A stretch of DNA of 64,000 bases from Candidatus Poribacteria bacterium (GTDB lineage: Bacteria; Poribacteria; WGA-4E; PCPOR2b), in the NCBI GenBank assembly GCA_965218095.1, contig OZ244587.1:1728001-1792000 (forward strand). Direction: 5' to 3'. Positions 32,381 through 41,911 of the stretch are shown here, in pieces. Every line of letters starts with the position of its first letter. The stretch's first letter is position 1. Under the pieces are notes generated by a model, which was not told the origin of the DNA, ran no database searches, and worked only from the letters and a program-made list of their open reading frames with translations. The position numbers were made by a program, and so were the translations under genes.

Positions 32381-33841
32381 ATGCATCACCCTTCACAACT
32401 CCGAAACGAAGTCTTGCTTCGCAGGCTCCAAAGGAGCGGATCCCCAATCTATTGGGGATCCGCGCTTCAACTCTTAATCCTGTGTGTGCTGGTTTCCATC
32501 CCACAAACGTGGGGAAACCCATTAAAATCAGAACTACAGGAAAATGTATCAACTTCCCGACGGAATGCCATTGTCGACGCGGTTGAGCACGCGAGCCCCG
32601 GGGTCGTCAATATCAGTACCATTCAGATACAGGAAATCAATGTCCCTCCATCTTTTGAAGATTTCTGGGTGCCATTTTTCAATTTTCCTTTTAAGGTCCC
32701 GCAGCGGCGTGAACTACATGGGCTCGGATCTGGGGTGATTATTGACCAAAAAGGCTATGTAATCACAAATCAGCACGTCATTGAGGGGGCAGAAGTTACA
32801 AAGGTTCTCCTTTCAGACGGACGAGAAGTTGAAGCCAAGATTATTGGTGAGGATTTTCCCACAGATCTTGCCGTGTTAGAAATTAACACACCGGATTTGA
32901 CAGAGATTGAGTTCGGAAACGCTGATGAACTGCTGATTAGTGAATGGGCAATCGCAATCGGGCATGCCTTCGCAGCGGTGGTTGGAGATCCGAGGACCAC
33001 TGTCACCGTCGGCGTGGTGAGTGCTACGGATCGCGCGCTGAAGATGGATAATCGGCTCTACCGCCACCTCATCCAAACCAACGCGTCGATTAACCCTGGC
33101 AACAGTGGTGGGGCGCTTGTCAACCTCTACGGTCAGTTAATTGGTATTAACACGGCGATCTACTCGACGAGCGGTGGTTCACAGGGCATCGGCTACGCCA
33201 TCCCGGTAAATATTGCTGCCAATGTTGTTGATCGCCTTGTTACGTATGGGGCCGTTGTTCCACCATATATCGGAATCGAACCGCAAAATTTGACGCCGCA
33301 ATTAGCAGAAACGCTGAATTTGGACAGAAGAATCGGTGTGTTAGTTGCGGCTGTGGAGAAGGGGAGTCCGGCGGAAGAAGCAGGCATTGAGCGCCGTGAT
33401 CTTATCGAAGCAATAGACCAAGAGCCGGTCTCTAATTCAGAGATATTCTGGGCAATCACACGATTGCTGCGTAAAAATCAGACACCTACCTTTCACATTT
33501 TCCGTGATGGAAAGCGAAAAAACCTGCACGTAAAAATTCGAGAGCTTCAATGGAAGTATGTGGTACCCGGTTGGGGTATCACAATTGAGCAACTTCATCG
33601 AAAGCAAGCACAGAAGTACGCGCAACGCGGGGTTCTTGTTACAAAGGTTGATCGAAGAAGCACACTGGCAAGGCAAGGATTGAGACGAGGTGATCTGATC
33701 TACCGCATTAACGATTTCCGGATTAATTCGCTTGAAGACTTCAAACGTATCACAAACAGGTTAAGACGTCCCCAGCAGATTAATCTTTACTTTGAGCGGG
33801 ATGGGCAACGGTTTCCACTGCCAAACTTAATCATCCGATGA
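32381..33841 (+). CDS. HtrA/DegP serine protease with two PDZ domains
   Basis: GSGVII, TNQHVI, DLAVL and INPGNSGG motifs; start uncertain. Confidence 0.92.
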   Translation: MHHPSQLRNEVLLRRLQRSGSPIYWGSALQLLILCVLVSIPQTWGNPLKSELQENVSTSRRNAIVDAVEHASPGVVNISTIQIQEINVPPSFEDFWVPFFNFPFKVPQRRELHGLGSGVIIDQKGYVITNQHVIEGAEVTKVLLSDGREVEAKIIGEDFPTDLAVLEINTPDLTEIEFGNADELLISEWAIAIGHAFAAVVGDPRTTVTVGVVSATDRALKMDNRLYRHLIQTNASINPGNSGGALVNLYGQLIGINTAIYSTSGGSQGIGYAIPVNIAANVVDRLVTYGAVVPPYIGIEPQNLTPQLAETLNLDRRIGVLVAAVEKGSPAEEAGIERRDLIEAIDQEPVSNSEIFWAITRLLRKNQTPTFHIFRDGKRKNLHVKIRELQWKYVVPGWGITIEQLHRKQAQKYAQRGVLVTKVDRRSTLARQGLRRGDLIYRINDFRINSLEDFKRITNRLRRPQQINLYFERDGQRFPLPNLIIR

Positions 33842-33973
33842 TCCCGTGGACATAACGCAACTTCATCTGCTGCCGGGTGTTTGTATATATTTGACTCTCG
33901 GTAATTATTACGTGATAGGTCATAATTCATCGACCAGTTCACCGCTATATTTTAAGACAAAAGGTAAATAAAC

Positions 33974-34693
33974 ATGCGCGTGCAACTGCCAACAATCATA
34001 TTTCTGTGTTTATCTCTTGTTGTGATTGTTTCCCTCATCTACCATATGAAGACAAGTGATCAGGCAATGAGCCGGGAAGCCATCAATCTGGAAAGTGAAG
34101 AGTTTAAGAGCTTGCGTGAACAAGCCACCATCTCTCGCAATGCCAAAAAACATACCGCAGCTATCCAGATTTACAAGGAAGCCCTGAAAATGCGCCCAGA
34201 CAACGCCGAAGTCCATAATGATCTCGGGGCGACCTACTACGGATTTGGGCTTGAATATGCTGGGCCGAACTGGCCCTCCTGGGAGAGTGACCTAGTGGGT
34301 AAAACACTGACCGAAGCCCTTCAGGAACTCCAGATGGCTATGGAGGAAACAGGTTCTGGTTATATTGTGATGAAATCCGATCAACCGGAAGTCACGGAGG
34401 AAATTCAGAAAAAAGTCCAGGAGACTGACGCGTATATATATACCGAACAGTTCGGCGAAAACGCAACGATGAACATTGTGATCGGCAAGACAAAAGAGTT
34501 TTTCATGAAAGCGCGGGACCATTACATCCGCGCGATCGACATCAAACCCGCTTACAGCCCTGCCTACCGCAACCTCGGAGCGCTGTACATGAAAATTGGT
34601 CACCGCGATGTCGGAGTTGATAATTTACAAAAGGCGTACCGATTGGATCCGCGAGATAAAGAACTTGAGCAATATCTCAATCAGTTCAAGTAG
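33974..34693 (+). CDS. Membrane-anchored TPR protein
   Basis: N-terminal TM; AEVHNDLG and AYRNLG TPRs. Confidence 0.75.
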   Translation: MRVQLPTIIFLCLSLVVIVSLIYHMKTSDQAMSREAINLESEEFKSLREQATISRNAKKHTAAIQIYKEALKMRPDNAEVHNDLGATYYGFGLEYAGPNWPSWESDLVGKTLTEALQELQMAMEETGSGYIVMKSDQPEVTEEIQKKVQETDAYIYTEQFGENATMNIVIGKTKEFFMKARDHYIRAIDIKPAYSPAYRNLGALYMKIGHRDVGVDNLQKAYRLDPRDKELEQYLNQFK

Positions 34694-34724
34694 AAAAGTC
34701 GCCGACTCGCACCGATTCCAGCCG

Positions 34725-35456
34725 ATGACAGTTAGGGAAATCCTCTCCCGGTCAATGCTTCTCTATCGAGGGAATTTTCTGAAGCTGGTTGGCATTGCTG
34801 TCCCCGGTGCTATTATTAGTGGTTTGGCTATTCAGTCCATTTGGATGTATCTATATGCTGTGACCGGGCGGGTGCAAATCCTGGAGATAGCACTGCCGTA
34901 TATGGCGATTGCCGCCTTCCAGTCTTTGATTGTGACGGCGGCAGGCGTCATTGCAATTTCGGAACAACTTCTGGGGCGGTCGATCAGTGTCGGGGGTGCG
35001 TACTCACGGGTTTTGGGTTCGCTCTTTCCCCTGCTCGGGGCGTTGATTCTTTTTACGATTATAGTCGGCATTGGCATTCAGTTCGTACTGGGAATCATTG
35101 CTTATGTTTGGTTCTGTTTGACTGCTCCGGTCGTCATGATTGAAGGAGAAGGCGGGCTCGGCGCACTCAAGCGAAGTCGCGTGATTGTCAAGGGATTCTT
35201 TAACAAAGCATTCCTGGTTGTTGTGTCGTTCACACTCGTGCAAGCCTTTGTGGCGGTCTTTCTGCTTACCCTCCCGCATCTCATCGGAAACTTTCCCGGT
35301 CTTCCCTCCCTTTTCTCGCTCCTTTCTGTTTGTCTACCACTCCTTATCGAACCGTTCAAAGTTGCATCAACGACAATGCTCTACTATGACCTCCGTATCC
35401 GTAAGGAGGGATATGACCGCCAAGTCCTGGCAGAGGAACTTGCTGCCTCATCGTGA
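34725..35456 (+). CDS. Integral membrane protein (DUF975/GDPD membrane domain-like)
   Basis: PMTVREIL, ALKRS and LYYDLRIRKEGYD motifs. Confidence 0.7.
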   Translation: MTVREILSRSMLLYRGNFLKLVGIAVPGAIISGLAIQSIWMYLYAVTGRVQILEIALPYMAIAAFQSLIVTAAGVIAISEQLLGRSISVGGAYSRVLGSLFPLLGALILFTIIVGIGIQFVLGIIAYVWFCLTAPVVMIEGEGGLGALKRSRVIVKGFFNKAFLVVVSFTLVQAFVAVFLLTLPHLIGNFPGLPSLFSLLSVCLPLLIEPFKVASTTMLYYDLRIRKEGYDRQVLAEELAASS

Positions 35457-35601
35457 AACGTCAAAACCGGCGGAAAATATAGGCGACGGCTGCTTGCGTA
35501 AGTTTCCCCTTCCCATTCTTGCCCCACTGTGCTAAAATACCATCTCACAAATTTGATTTGCAAAACTAAAACATGTGCTCTGCCTTTATGTGGAGGTTCA
35601 A

Positions 35602-36465
35602 ATGAGACTTGGAATTGTCGGCATGTTGCCGGGCGACTTTCGGGGGTTTACAAACAAACAGATGGAAACGATTCGGGCGCTGAAATTCACCGGATTCGGA
35701 TTTCACTTCAGCAGTGATGATGTTTTCGACGTGATGACGGAGGACTGTGAAAAGTACAATCAATTCATGGTGGGAGAAGATCTGGATCCGGTTCAGTTTG
35801 CCATCACCTACAGGGAATGCCTCTTCGATCCAGACCCAGCCGTCAGGGAGTCAATTACGTCAAGAATCAACCGGGGGGCAGAAATCGCGCGGCAAATCAA
35901 CGCACATGCTTACCTCATCCGTCCCGGAAGCCTGAATCCCGATGGATCATGGACGTCGCACCGGGATAACCACCTCCCTGAAAGCATGGAACGCCTGATT
36001 GGGACGCTAAAATCGATTGCACGCAAGGCTGAAGCAGAGGGCGTGACCATTATTGTGGAGACCCATGCGATCTCAATTATGGATTCCCCAGAGACCTGCA
36101 AGGCGGTTGTCGATGCGGTCGGATCGGACAATCTGCGAATCGTCATGGACTATGTCAACCACTTCCAAACCCTACAACAGGTTTACAATAGCACAGAGCG
36201 GTTGAACCATATCTTCGATATAATGGGGCCAATCGCTCCTGTAGCGCACATCAAAGACATCAAGGTGACGAATGGTCTGGTGCTTCATCTTGATGAGGAA
36301 GTCCCCGACGAAGGCGAGATAGATCTCGTCCTGGCGCTGAGCAGGTTTGATGCACTTTATCCCGATGGGTATGGGCTGATTGAGCACCTGCTGATGTCAA
36401 AAATTCCACTTGCAAACGCAAACGTGCGACGGATTGCCGCCGAACATGGAATCGATATCCACTAA
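35602..36465 (+). CDS. Sugar phosphate isomerase/epimerase (TIM barrel)
   Basis: GGAGG RBS; IVETH, MDYVN, HIKD and LIEH motifs. Confidence 0.85.
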   Translation: MRLGIVGMLPGDFRGFTNKQMETIRALKFTGFGFHFSSDDVFDVMTEDCEKYNQFMVGEDLDPVQFAITYRECLFDPDPAVRESITSRINRGAEIARQINAHAYLIRPGSLNPDGSWTSHRDNHLPESMERLIGTLKSIARKAEAEGVTIIVETHAISIMDSPETCKAVVDAVGSDNLRIVMDYVNHFQTLQQVYNSTERLNHIFDIMGPIAPVAHIKDIKVTNGLVLHLDEEVPDEGEIDLVLALSRFDALYPDGYGLIEHLLMSKIPLANANVRRIAAEHGIDIH

Positions 36466-36553
36466 TATTGATTTCGGATTGTCAATACAACCGAAACGGA
36501 CGACAACGGCAACTAGAGTAAAGAAATGCACAGTTTTATAGTAGACATGTAGA

Positions 36554-36581
36554 GGTGGCGGAGAACCCGCCCCCTTTTTTT
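36554..36581 (+). terminator. Probable intrinsic terminator
   Basis: GC-rich stem GGCGG/CCGCC followed by T7. Confidence 0.55.
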
Positions 36582-36734
36582 ATGTTGATACTGCATCTCA
36601 ACCGGAGTATCATACAGATGAAGTACCGGACGAAAAACGATAAGGAGGATTTCAGATGCGAAGAGAAATCATTTTACTTTCCATAATAACCCGCAAGCGT
36701 TCTATTTGAATTTCTTCACCAATGGGAGGCGTGA

Positions 36735-38117
36735 ATGTCCACATTTGATGTCAGTATCATCGGCGGCGGCCCGGGCGGCTATGTCGCAGCGATCAAGGCC
36801 GCACAGCTTGGGAGCAACGTCTGCTTAATTGAAAAAGGGGGTTGGGGCGGTACATGCCTGAATCGTGGGTGTATCCCAACCAAAACGCTATTTTCGGTTG
36901 CCAAATTTGCTACACAAGTGCGGGAAGCGGAGGGATTCGGGCTCAAGATTCAAGGCGCGGAGATCGATTATCCGCAGGTGTTGGCGCACAAAGACGCCAC
37001 CGTCAAAAAGTTGACAAGTGGTATCGCACAGTTGCTCAAAAGTAACGGCGTCTACACGATTAATGGAACCGGCGCCCTTTCTGGAAGAAACACTATTGAA
37101 GTGACGAAAGTGGATGGCACACAGGAAGAGGTCACCGCGAATCAGATTATCATCGCCACCGGTTCTGAGCCAGCGAATATTCCCGTTTTTGAAATTGATG
37201 AACAACAGGTGTTGACAACGACGGGCGTCCTCGAATTGACGAAACTTCCCAGAAGCATCATCATTGTCGGCGGCGGCGTCTCCGGCTGCGAGTTTGCCTC
37301 GATTTTCAACGGCTTGGGCTGCGAAGTCACCGTCCTTGAACTGCTGCCAACGATTCTCGCAACAGAGGATGTTCAGATCATCCGACAGGTTCGCCTCTTG
37401 ATGAAACGGAAAGGGATTGAAATCAAGACGGAAGTGAATGTGATGCGGCTGGAAAAATCGGAATCCGGGGTGACGGCGACGCTGGAATCCGGGGAGCAGT
37501 TCAACGCCGAAAAGATGTTGATCTCCATCGGCAGGGCGTTCAACTCCGAAGGAATTGGATTGGAAAAAGTCGGGGTTCACACAGATCGCGGCAAGATTGT
37601 CGTCAACGAGCGGATGGAGACGAACGTTCCGGGGATTTATGCTGTTGGCGACGTAGCGAGCCGGTATCTTTTGGCGCACGTCGCATCAGCGGAAGGGATT
37701 GTCGCCGCACAAAACTGCATGGGTGGAAACGTCGAAATGGATTACGGCACGGTTCCGTGGTGCGTTTTCACGATTCCCGAAGTCGCCAGGGTCGGCATGA
37801 CAGAGGAGGAAGCGAAGGCGGAAGGCTATGCGGTCAAAGTGGGTCGATTCCCTTATGCAGCAAGCGGTAAGGCTTTGGGCATGCGTGAGACCGACGGGTT
37901 CGTCAAGGTCGTTTCGGATCAGGAATTCGGGGATATCCTCGGCGTCCACATCCTTGGGGCGCACGCTTCAGACCTCGTCCATGAGGCTGCCGTTGCCATC
38001 CGTCTGGAGGCGTCGGTTGCAGATCTCGCGGACACGATCCACGCACACCCAACCCTCGCCGAAGCCGTTATGGAAGCGGCGGAAGCGGCGCATGATCGCG
38101 CGATTCACATCATATAA
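36735..38117 (+). CDS. lpdA: Dihydrolipoamide dehydrogenase
   Basis: GGGPGGY, GGTCLNRGCIP, YAVGD and HAHPTLAE motifs. Confidence 0.95.
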   Translation: MSTFDVSIIGGGPGGYVAAIKAAQLGSNVCLIEKGGWGGTCLNRGCIPTKTLFSVAKFATQVREAEGFGLKIQGAEIDYPQVLAHKDATVKKLTSGIAQLLKSNGVYTINGTGALSGRNTIEVTKVDGTQEEVTANQIIIATGSEPANIPVFEIDEQQVLTTTGVLELTKLPRSIIIVGGGVSGCEFASIFNGLGCEVTVLELLPTILATEDVQIIRQVRLLMKRKGIEIKTEVNVMRLEKSESGVTATLESGEQFNAEKMLISIGRAFNSEGIGLEKVGVHTDRGKIVVNERMETNVPGIYAVGDVASRYLLAHVASAEGIVAAQNCMGGNVEMDYGTVPWCVFTIPEVARVGMTEEEAKAEGYAVKVGRFPYAASGKALGMRETDGFVKVVSDQEFGDILGVHILGAHASDLVHEAAVAIRLEASVADLADTIHAHPTLAEAVMEAAEAAHDRAIHII

Positions 38118-38217
38118 GTTGCACAGGTTTTTCAATTGACAGATGGATGAGGGTTTGCTATAGTATCCTCAATGCTTCGCAAAGTTATCTAACTATGAGG
38201 GAGGTCATCGAAACCTT

Positions 38218-39773
38218 GTGCGCCATGTAAGCGGTAAGTAGGAGTGCCTGTATAACAGGCTAGGATTGTCAGAATATCCTGTACACACCCGCGTTAGGTT
38301 CGTCGGGTAACCGACTGAAATCTCGAAAGAGAAGGCTAAACTTAGCATCGCGGGAAAAGGCGGTTGATGTCGAAATATCCTAGACTAGATGGCTGTCAGT
38401 GTAAGGTGTATATGAACAAAGCTGAGTTGCTTGAAGCCTAAGTCTTCATGGCTTTACGATGGACGGCAACGTATGGATTCATCTAATAATGGCAGAAGTG
38501 AGGTAATCGCTCACATCTGATTGAAGGCACGTTGCACCAGAGAACACATTGGACTTTGTAAGGTTGTGAATGTGTCTGACTTCGCTGGCATGCCTGCGCG
38601 AAGCAGGATTAAAAGGGCAAAAGGGATTCTAAGTACACCGTTTCTTTGACTTACCGAAAACATGGGATGGACTAAGTTGGATTTATCCAATATGCCAATG
38701 GAATCGCCGTATTACCCAAAGTACAGAGTCAAAAAAAGGCTCGGTGCAGAATAATACCTATCCCAGACGTATAAGCAATCAGTAATGATTGCGAAAGGGG
38801 AGAAGGGGGAAGGGCGATAGGTCAAGTATACAATATCACCAAGAAAAGCCACCAAATGGGGCATTAGTTTTTCAAAAGTGACTAGGTTCTGTTGACATTT
38901 CATCGTAACCAGATAATCGCAGCAACGAAACTCAGAAACCCCAAATAGCGACCCGCCAACTTATCAAAACGACTGAAGATACGCCTATAGTGCTTGATTT
39001 TGTTGATGAAGCATTCCACCCGATGTCTCTCTCGGTACAGATGCGTATCATAGTCTCGTGACTCACGGCGGTTGATACGGGGACGAATCACTAGCTCTGC
39101 ACCCATACGGGTTATCAACTGCACCAATGAATCTGCGTCATACGCTGAGTCGGCTATCACATACTCACTGCTATACCCTTCTGCACAAGTCATGGCGTGG
39201 CGTTGTCTAGCCGTCAGCGCAAAACGTAATGGATTGCCTAAGCCATCAACCGTGATGTGAATTTTGGTTGAAAATCCACCCGCATTACGTCCGAGTGCCT
39301 GTGAGGCTTGACCGCCACTTGTTTTCAAACCCCCTGCAGCACAGGGGTGAGCGCGGCAGATGGTACTGTCACCATATCTGGGTCGTTGACAAAGTGTTGA
39401 TGCAGCCGTTGGAAGATGCCTCTATCGCACCAGCAAGCGAATCGTTTATAGACGCTGTTCCAACTGCCGTACTCTTTTGGTAGGAGTCGCCATTGACTAC
39501 CACTACGAGTTATCCAAAGCACTGCTTGGACAAAACGTTTTAAGTTCGCTTGCTGTCCGGTGTAGACATCGGAACAGGTTTGCAGGAATGCTGCTATTTT
39601 TGACCATTGATTATCGGATAAGGTAAGTGTTGACATATCGTTATTATGCCATAAATGTCAACACGTCCTACTATATTTGACTGGAGAACCGTGTGCGGTG
39701 AAAGTCGCACACACGGTTCGGAGAGGGGGATACGCCACCCCACAGCAATGTGGAATCTCGGTCTCTACTCTAC
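38218..39773 (+). ncRNA. Complete ORF-less group II intron (IIA-like) carrying an IS5 in domain IV
   Basis: 5' GTGCG; EBS1 AAGGTT (38560) pairs with exon AACCTT; EBS2 CGATGG (38457) pairs with TCATCG; DIV stem GTCAAGTATA/TATATTTGAC; DV 39686-39719; 3' end CTCTAC. Confidence 0.85.
38885..39668 (-). mobile_element. IS5-family element, divergent third copy
   Basis: TIR GGTTCTGTTGACATTT / AAATGTCAACACGTCC with TA flanks; ORFs 39325-39636 and 38900-39328. Confidence 0.9.
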
Positions 39774-39911
39774 AAATCTACAAAAAAAGGTAATCATCTT
39801 ATCATCTGGGGTGATGCAATCGAGGCTTTGTCCAGCAAAATTCCGGGTGCTTCAGTTGATTTAATCTTTACAGACCCTCCATACAACATCGGTAAGAACT
39901 TCAACGGCAGA
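39774..39911 (+). pseudogene. N-terminal fragment of a YhdJ-like N6/N4 DNA methyltransferase (3' exon of the intron)
   Basis: IIWGDAIEAL..SVDLIFTDPPYNIGKNFNG; cut by a MITE. Confidence 0.8.
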
Positions 39912-40028
39912 AAGTAATTTTCAGGATTAAACTATACATTCCGTTTGTAGTAGCGCAATGAATTGCGCGTTTGGGACGGCGATGAATTGCCTCACTACAA
40001 ACCATTACTTTCTTTTTGAAAATTACTT
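39912..40028. repeat. 117-bp MITE containing a GTAG-type REP doublet, copy 1
   Basis: TIR AAGTAATTTTCA/TGAAAATTACTT; GTAGTAGCGCAATGAATTGCGC...CACTAC; inverted copy at 58272-58388. Confidence 0.85.
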
Positions 40029-40146
40029 AAACCAAACGATACTATAACTGAAATCGTCATAACAGATGAAAAGATCAAAAGAGAATCGCCATCGAATAAA
40101 GTGAGCGTACATATTGTAAAGCTATAACTATGAGGAGGAACTCAAG

Positions 40147-40836
40147 TTGGAAAAAAAAGCTGTTGTGCTTTTGAGTGGGGGGATTGATTCAACAACGACG
40201 CTCGCGATCGCACAATCTCAAAGTTATGATGCGTATACGATGAGCTTCCGGTACGGTCAACGCCATTCCCTTGAGCTGGATCGTGCAAAGCAAATCGCCG
40301 AGAAAATGGGCGTCAAAAAGCATACTATCGTCGATATTAATCTGCGTGCATTCGGTGGGTCGGCTTTAACCGATGACATTGATGTGCCCAGAGATCGATC
40401 AGATGAGGAGATCGGAACGGGCATCCCGATTACCTACGTTCCTGCACGGAATACGATATTTCTGTCATTCGCACTCGCCTGGGCAGAAACATTAGAAATC
40501 GACACGATCTTTATGGGCGTCAACGCGCTTGACTATTCTGGGTATCCGGACTGTAGGCCGGAATATATTGAGGCTTATCAGGCGATGGCAAATCTGGCAA
40601 CGAAGGCTGGGGTTGAAGGCAAAACGAAGCTCAAGATTCAAACGCCCTTGATCTCAATGACTAAAGCGCAAATCATACAAAAAGGAACAGAACTCGGCGT
40701 TGACTACGGGCTCACCCTCAGTTGTTATGAGCCCGATGATCAAGGCAGTGCGTGTGGTACATGCGACAGTTGTCTGTTAAGAAAGAAAGGGTTTTCGGAA
40801 GCGGGTGTCGCGGATCCAACGGCGTACAGGGCTTGA
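40147..40836 (+). CDS. queC: 7-cyano-7-deazaguanine synthase
   Basis: [21 protein letters not shown] and SCY..CGTCDSC motifs. Confidence 0.96.
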   Translation: MEKKAVVLLSGGIDSTTTLAIAQSQSYDAYTMSFRYGQRHSLELDRAKQIAEKMGVKKHTIVDINLRAFGGSALTDDIDVPRDRSDEEIGTGIPITYVPARNTIFLSFALAWAETLEIDTIFMGVNALDYSGYPDCRPEYIEAYQAMANLATKAGVEGKTKLKIQTPLISMTKAQIIQKGTELGVDYGLTLSCYEPDDQGSACGTCDSCLLRKKGFSEAGVADPTAYRA

Positions 40837-40928
40837 GGTTATACTGCACAAGCAAGCATGCTCCTGATATTATCACCTGCCATTCTGAGGATACCCGCTT
40901 TCCATTTCTCAGTTATTCAAAAACTGCT

Positions 40929-41426
40929 TCACCTGCTCATACACATCCTAGGCTTTCCCGTACGAGATAGCTGTCGCTTTTGCTGAGGCGACAAGGTGTC
41001 GAAAACGGAGCAGGGACGGGTTGTCTGAAACTCTTCAATAGTTGCCTGATGATGCTTCAGCGCATGCATCTCCGTCGCGTTATCCTGGCATACGATTTTA
41101 GCGAACATGGTGATTAAAACCCGCGGTTCGTATTCTAACTCCCCATATTTTTCCACCCGTGTGATCGCACCCTCGACGTCATTGGCAGCAATCACCTTCT
41201 GAATGGCGTCCAACAGTTGTGGCAGGGATTGTCGAGAGATCGCAGCCACGGCATCAGGACGGGGATGAGGTTCGGAAGATATGCGATCTTTCGCATTTCT
41301 GACCTCTGGTCCCGAATTCCATAGCAGGAGTGCCAGACCTAGTCCTATTTGTTGTTCTACATGCAGCGGCCAGAATGGACGCTCCCGCCTATTTTTGCTA
41401 GACTTTTGAACAAATCTTTGATACAC
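40929..41426 (-). pseudogene. Degraded fragment of a hypothetical protein
   Basis: Protein-like core (HALKHHQATIEEF) with frameshifted ends. Confidence 0.4.
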
Positions 41427-41911
41427 TTAACTAACATAGCGAGGCATGGTGTACTAAATGCGTGGTGCGCTCTGGAGGCGGTCGTGCTTTGATCAGCCGA
41501 GAACGTATTGCGTACTGCATATTGTGCAGGAGGCTTCACGTTTCACGCATCACAGCTCCGTTCCGAGAGTCCGAGAATTGGACTCCGAAGGATCGGAGTA
41601 GGCTCCGCCCCGATCTATCGGGGTTTCATTTTGGGAATAAGTAGTTACTGGCTTAAATCAACCGCAGAGGCGCAGAGTTTTTTTAATTCTTCTCTGCGTT
41701 CTCCGCGTTAAATAAGCGTGTTACGACTTATGAAGAAACGAATAAATCGGAGATTTATTGTGTTTCCTCTTGCGAAATGTTAAGCCTTAATCTACTTATT
41801 GCGTTTATTTTTTCCTTTTCATGGCACGAGAAAGTCACGGCGCAGATTTCTCAAAGGTTTAGTGATAGAACACTATCCCAATTTGTCTTCCAAAATATAA
41901 GGAGGTCAGTT

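Noticed and set aside
40030-40146. preQ1 riboswitch upstream of queC
   Set aside because: No recognisable preQ1 stem-loop plus A-rich tail; the region reads as a gene C-terminal remnant
40147-40836. queC as part of a Dpd/QatC defence system
   Set aside because: Canonical-length housekeeping QueC with no dpdA or qat neighbours
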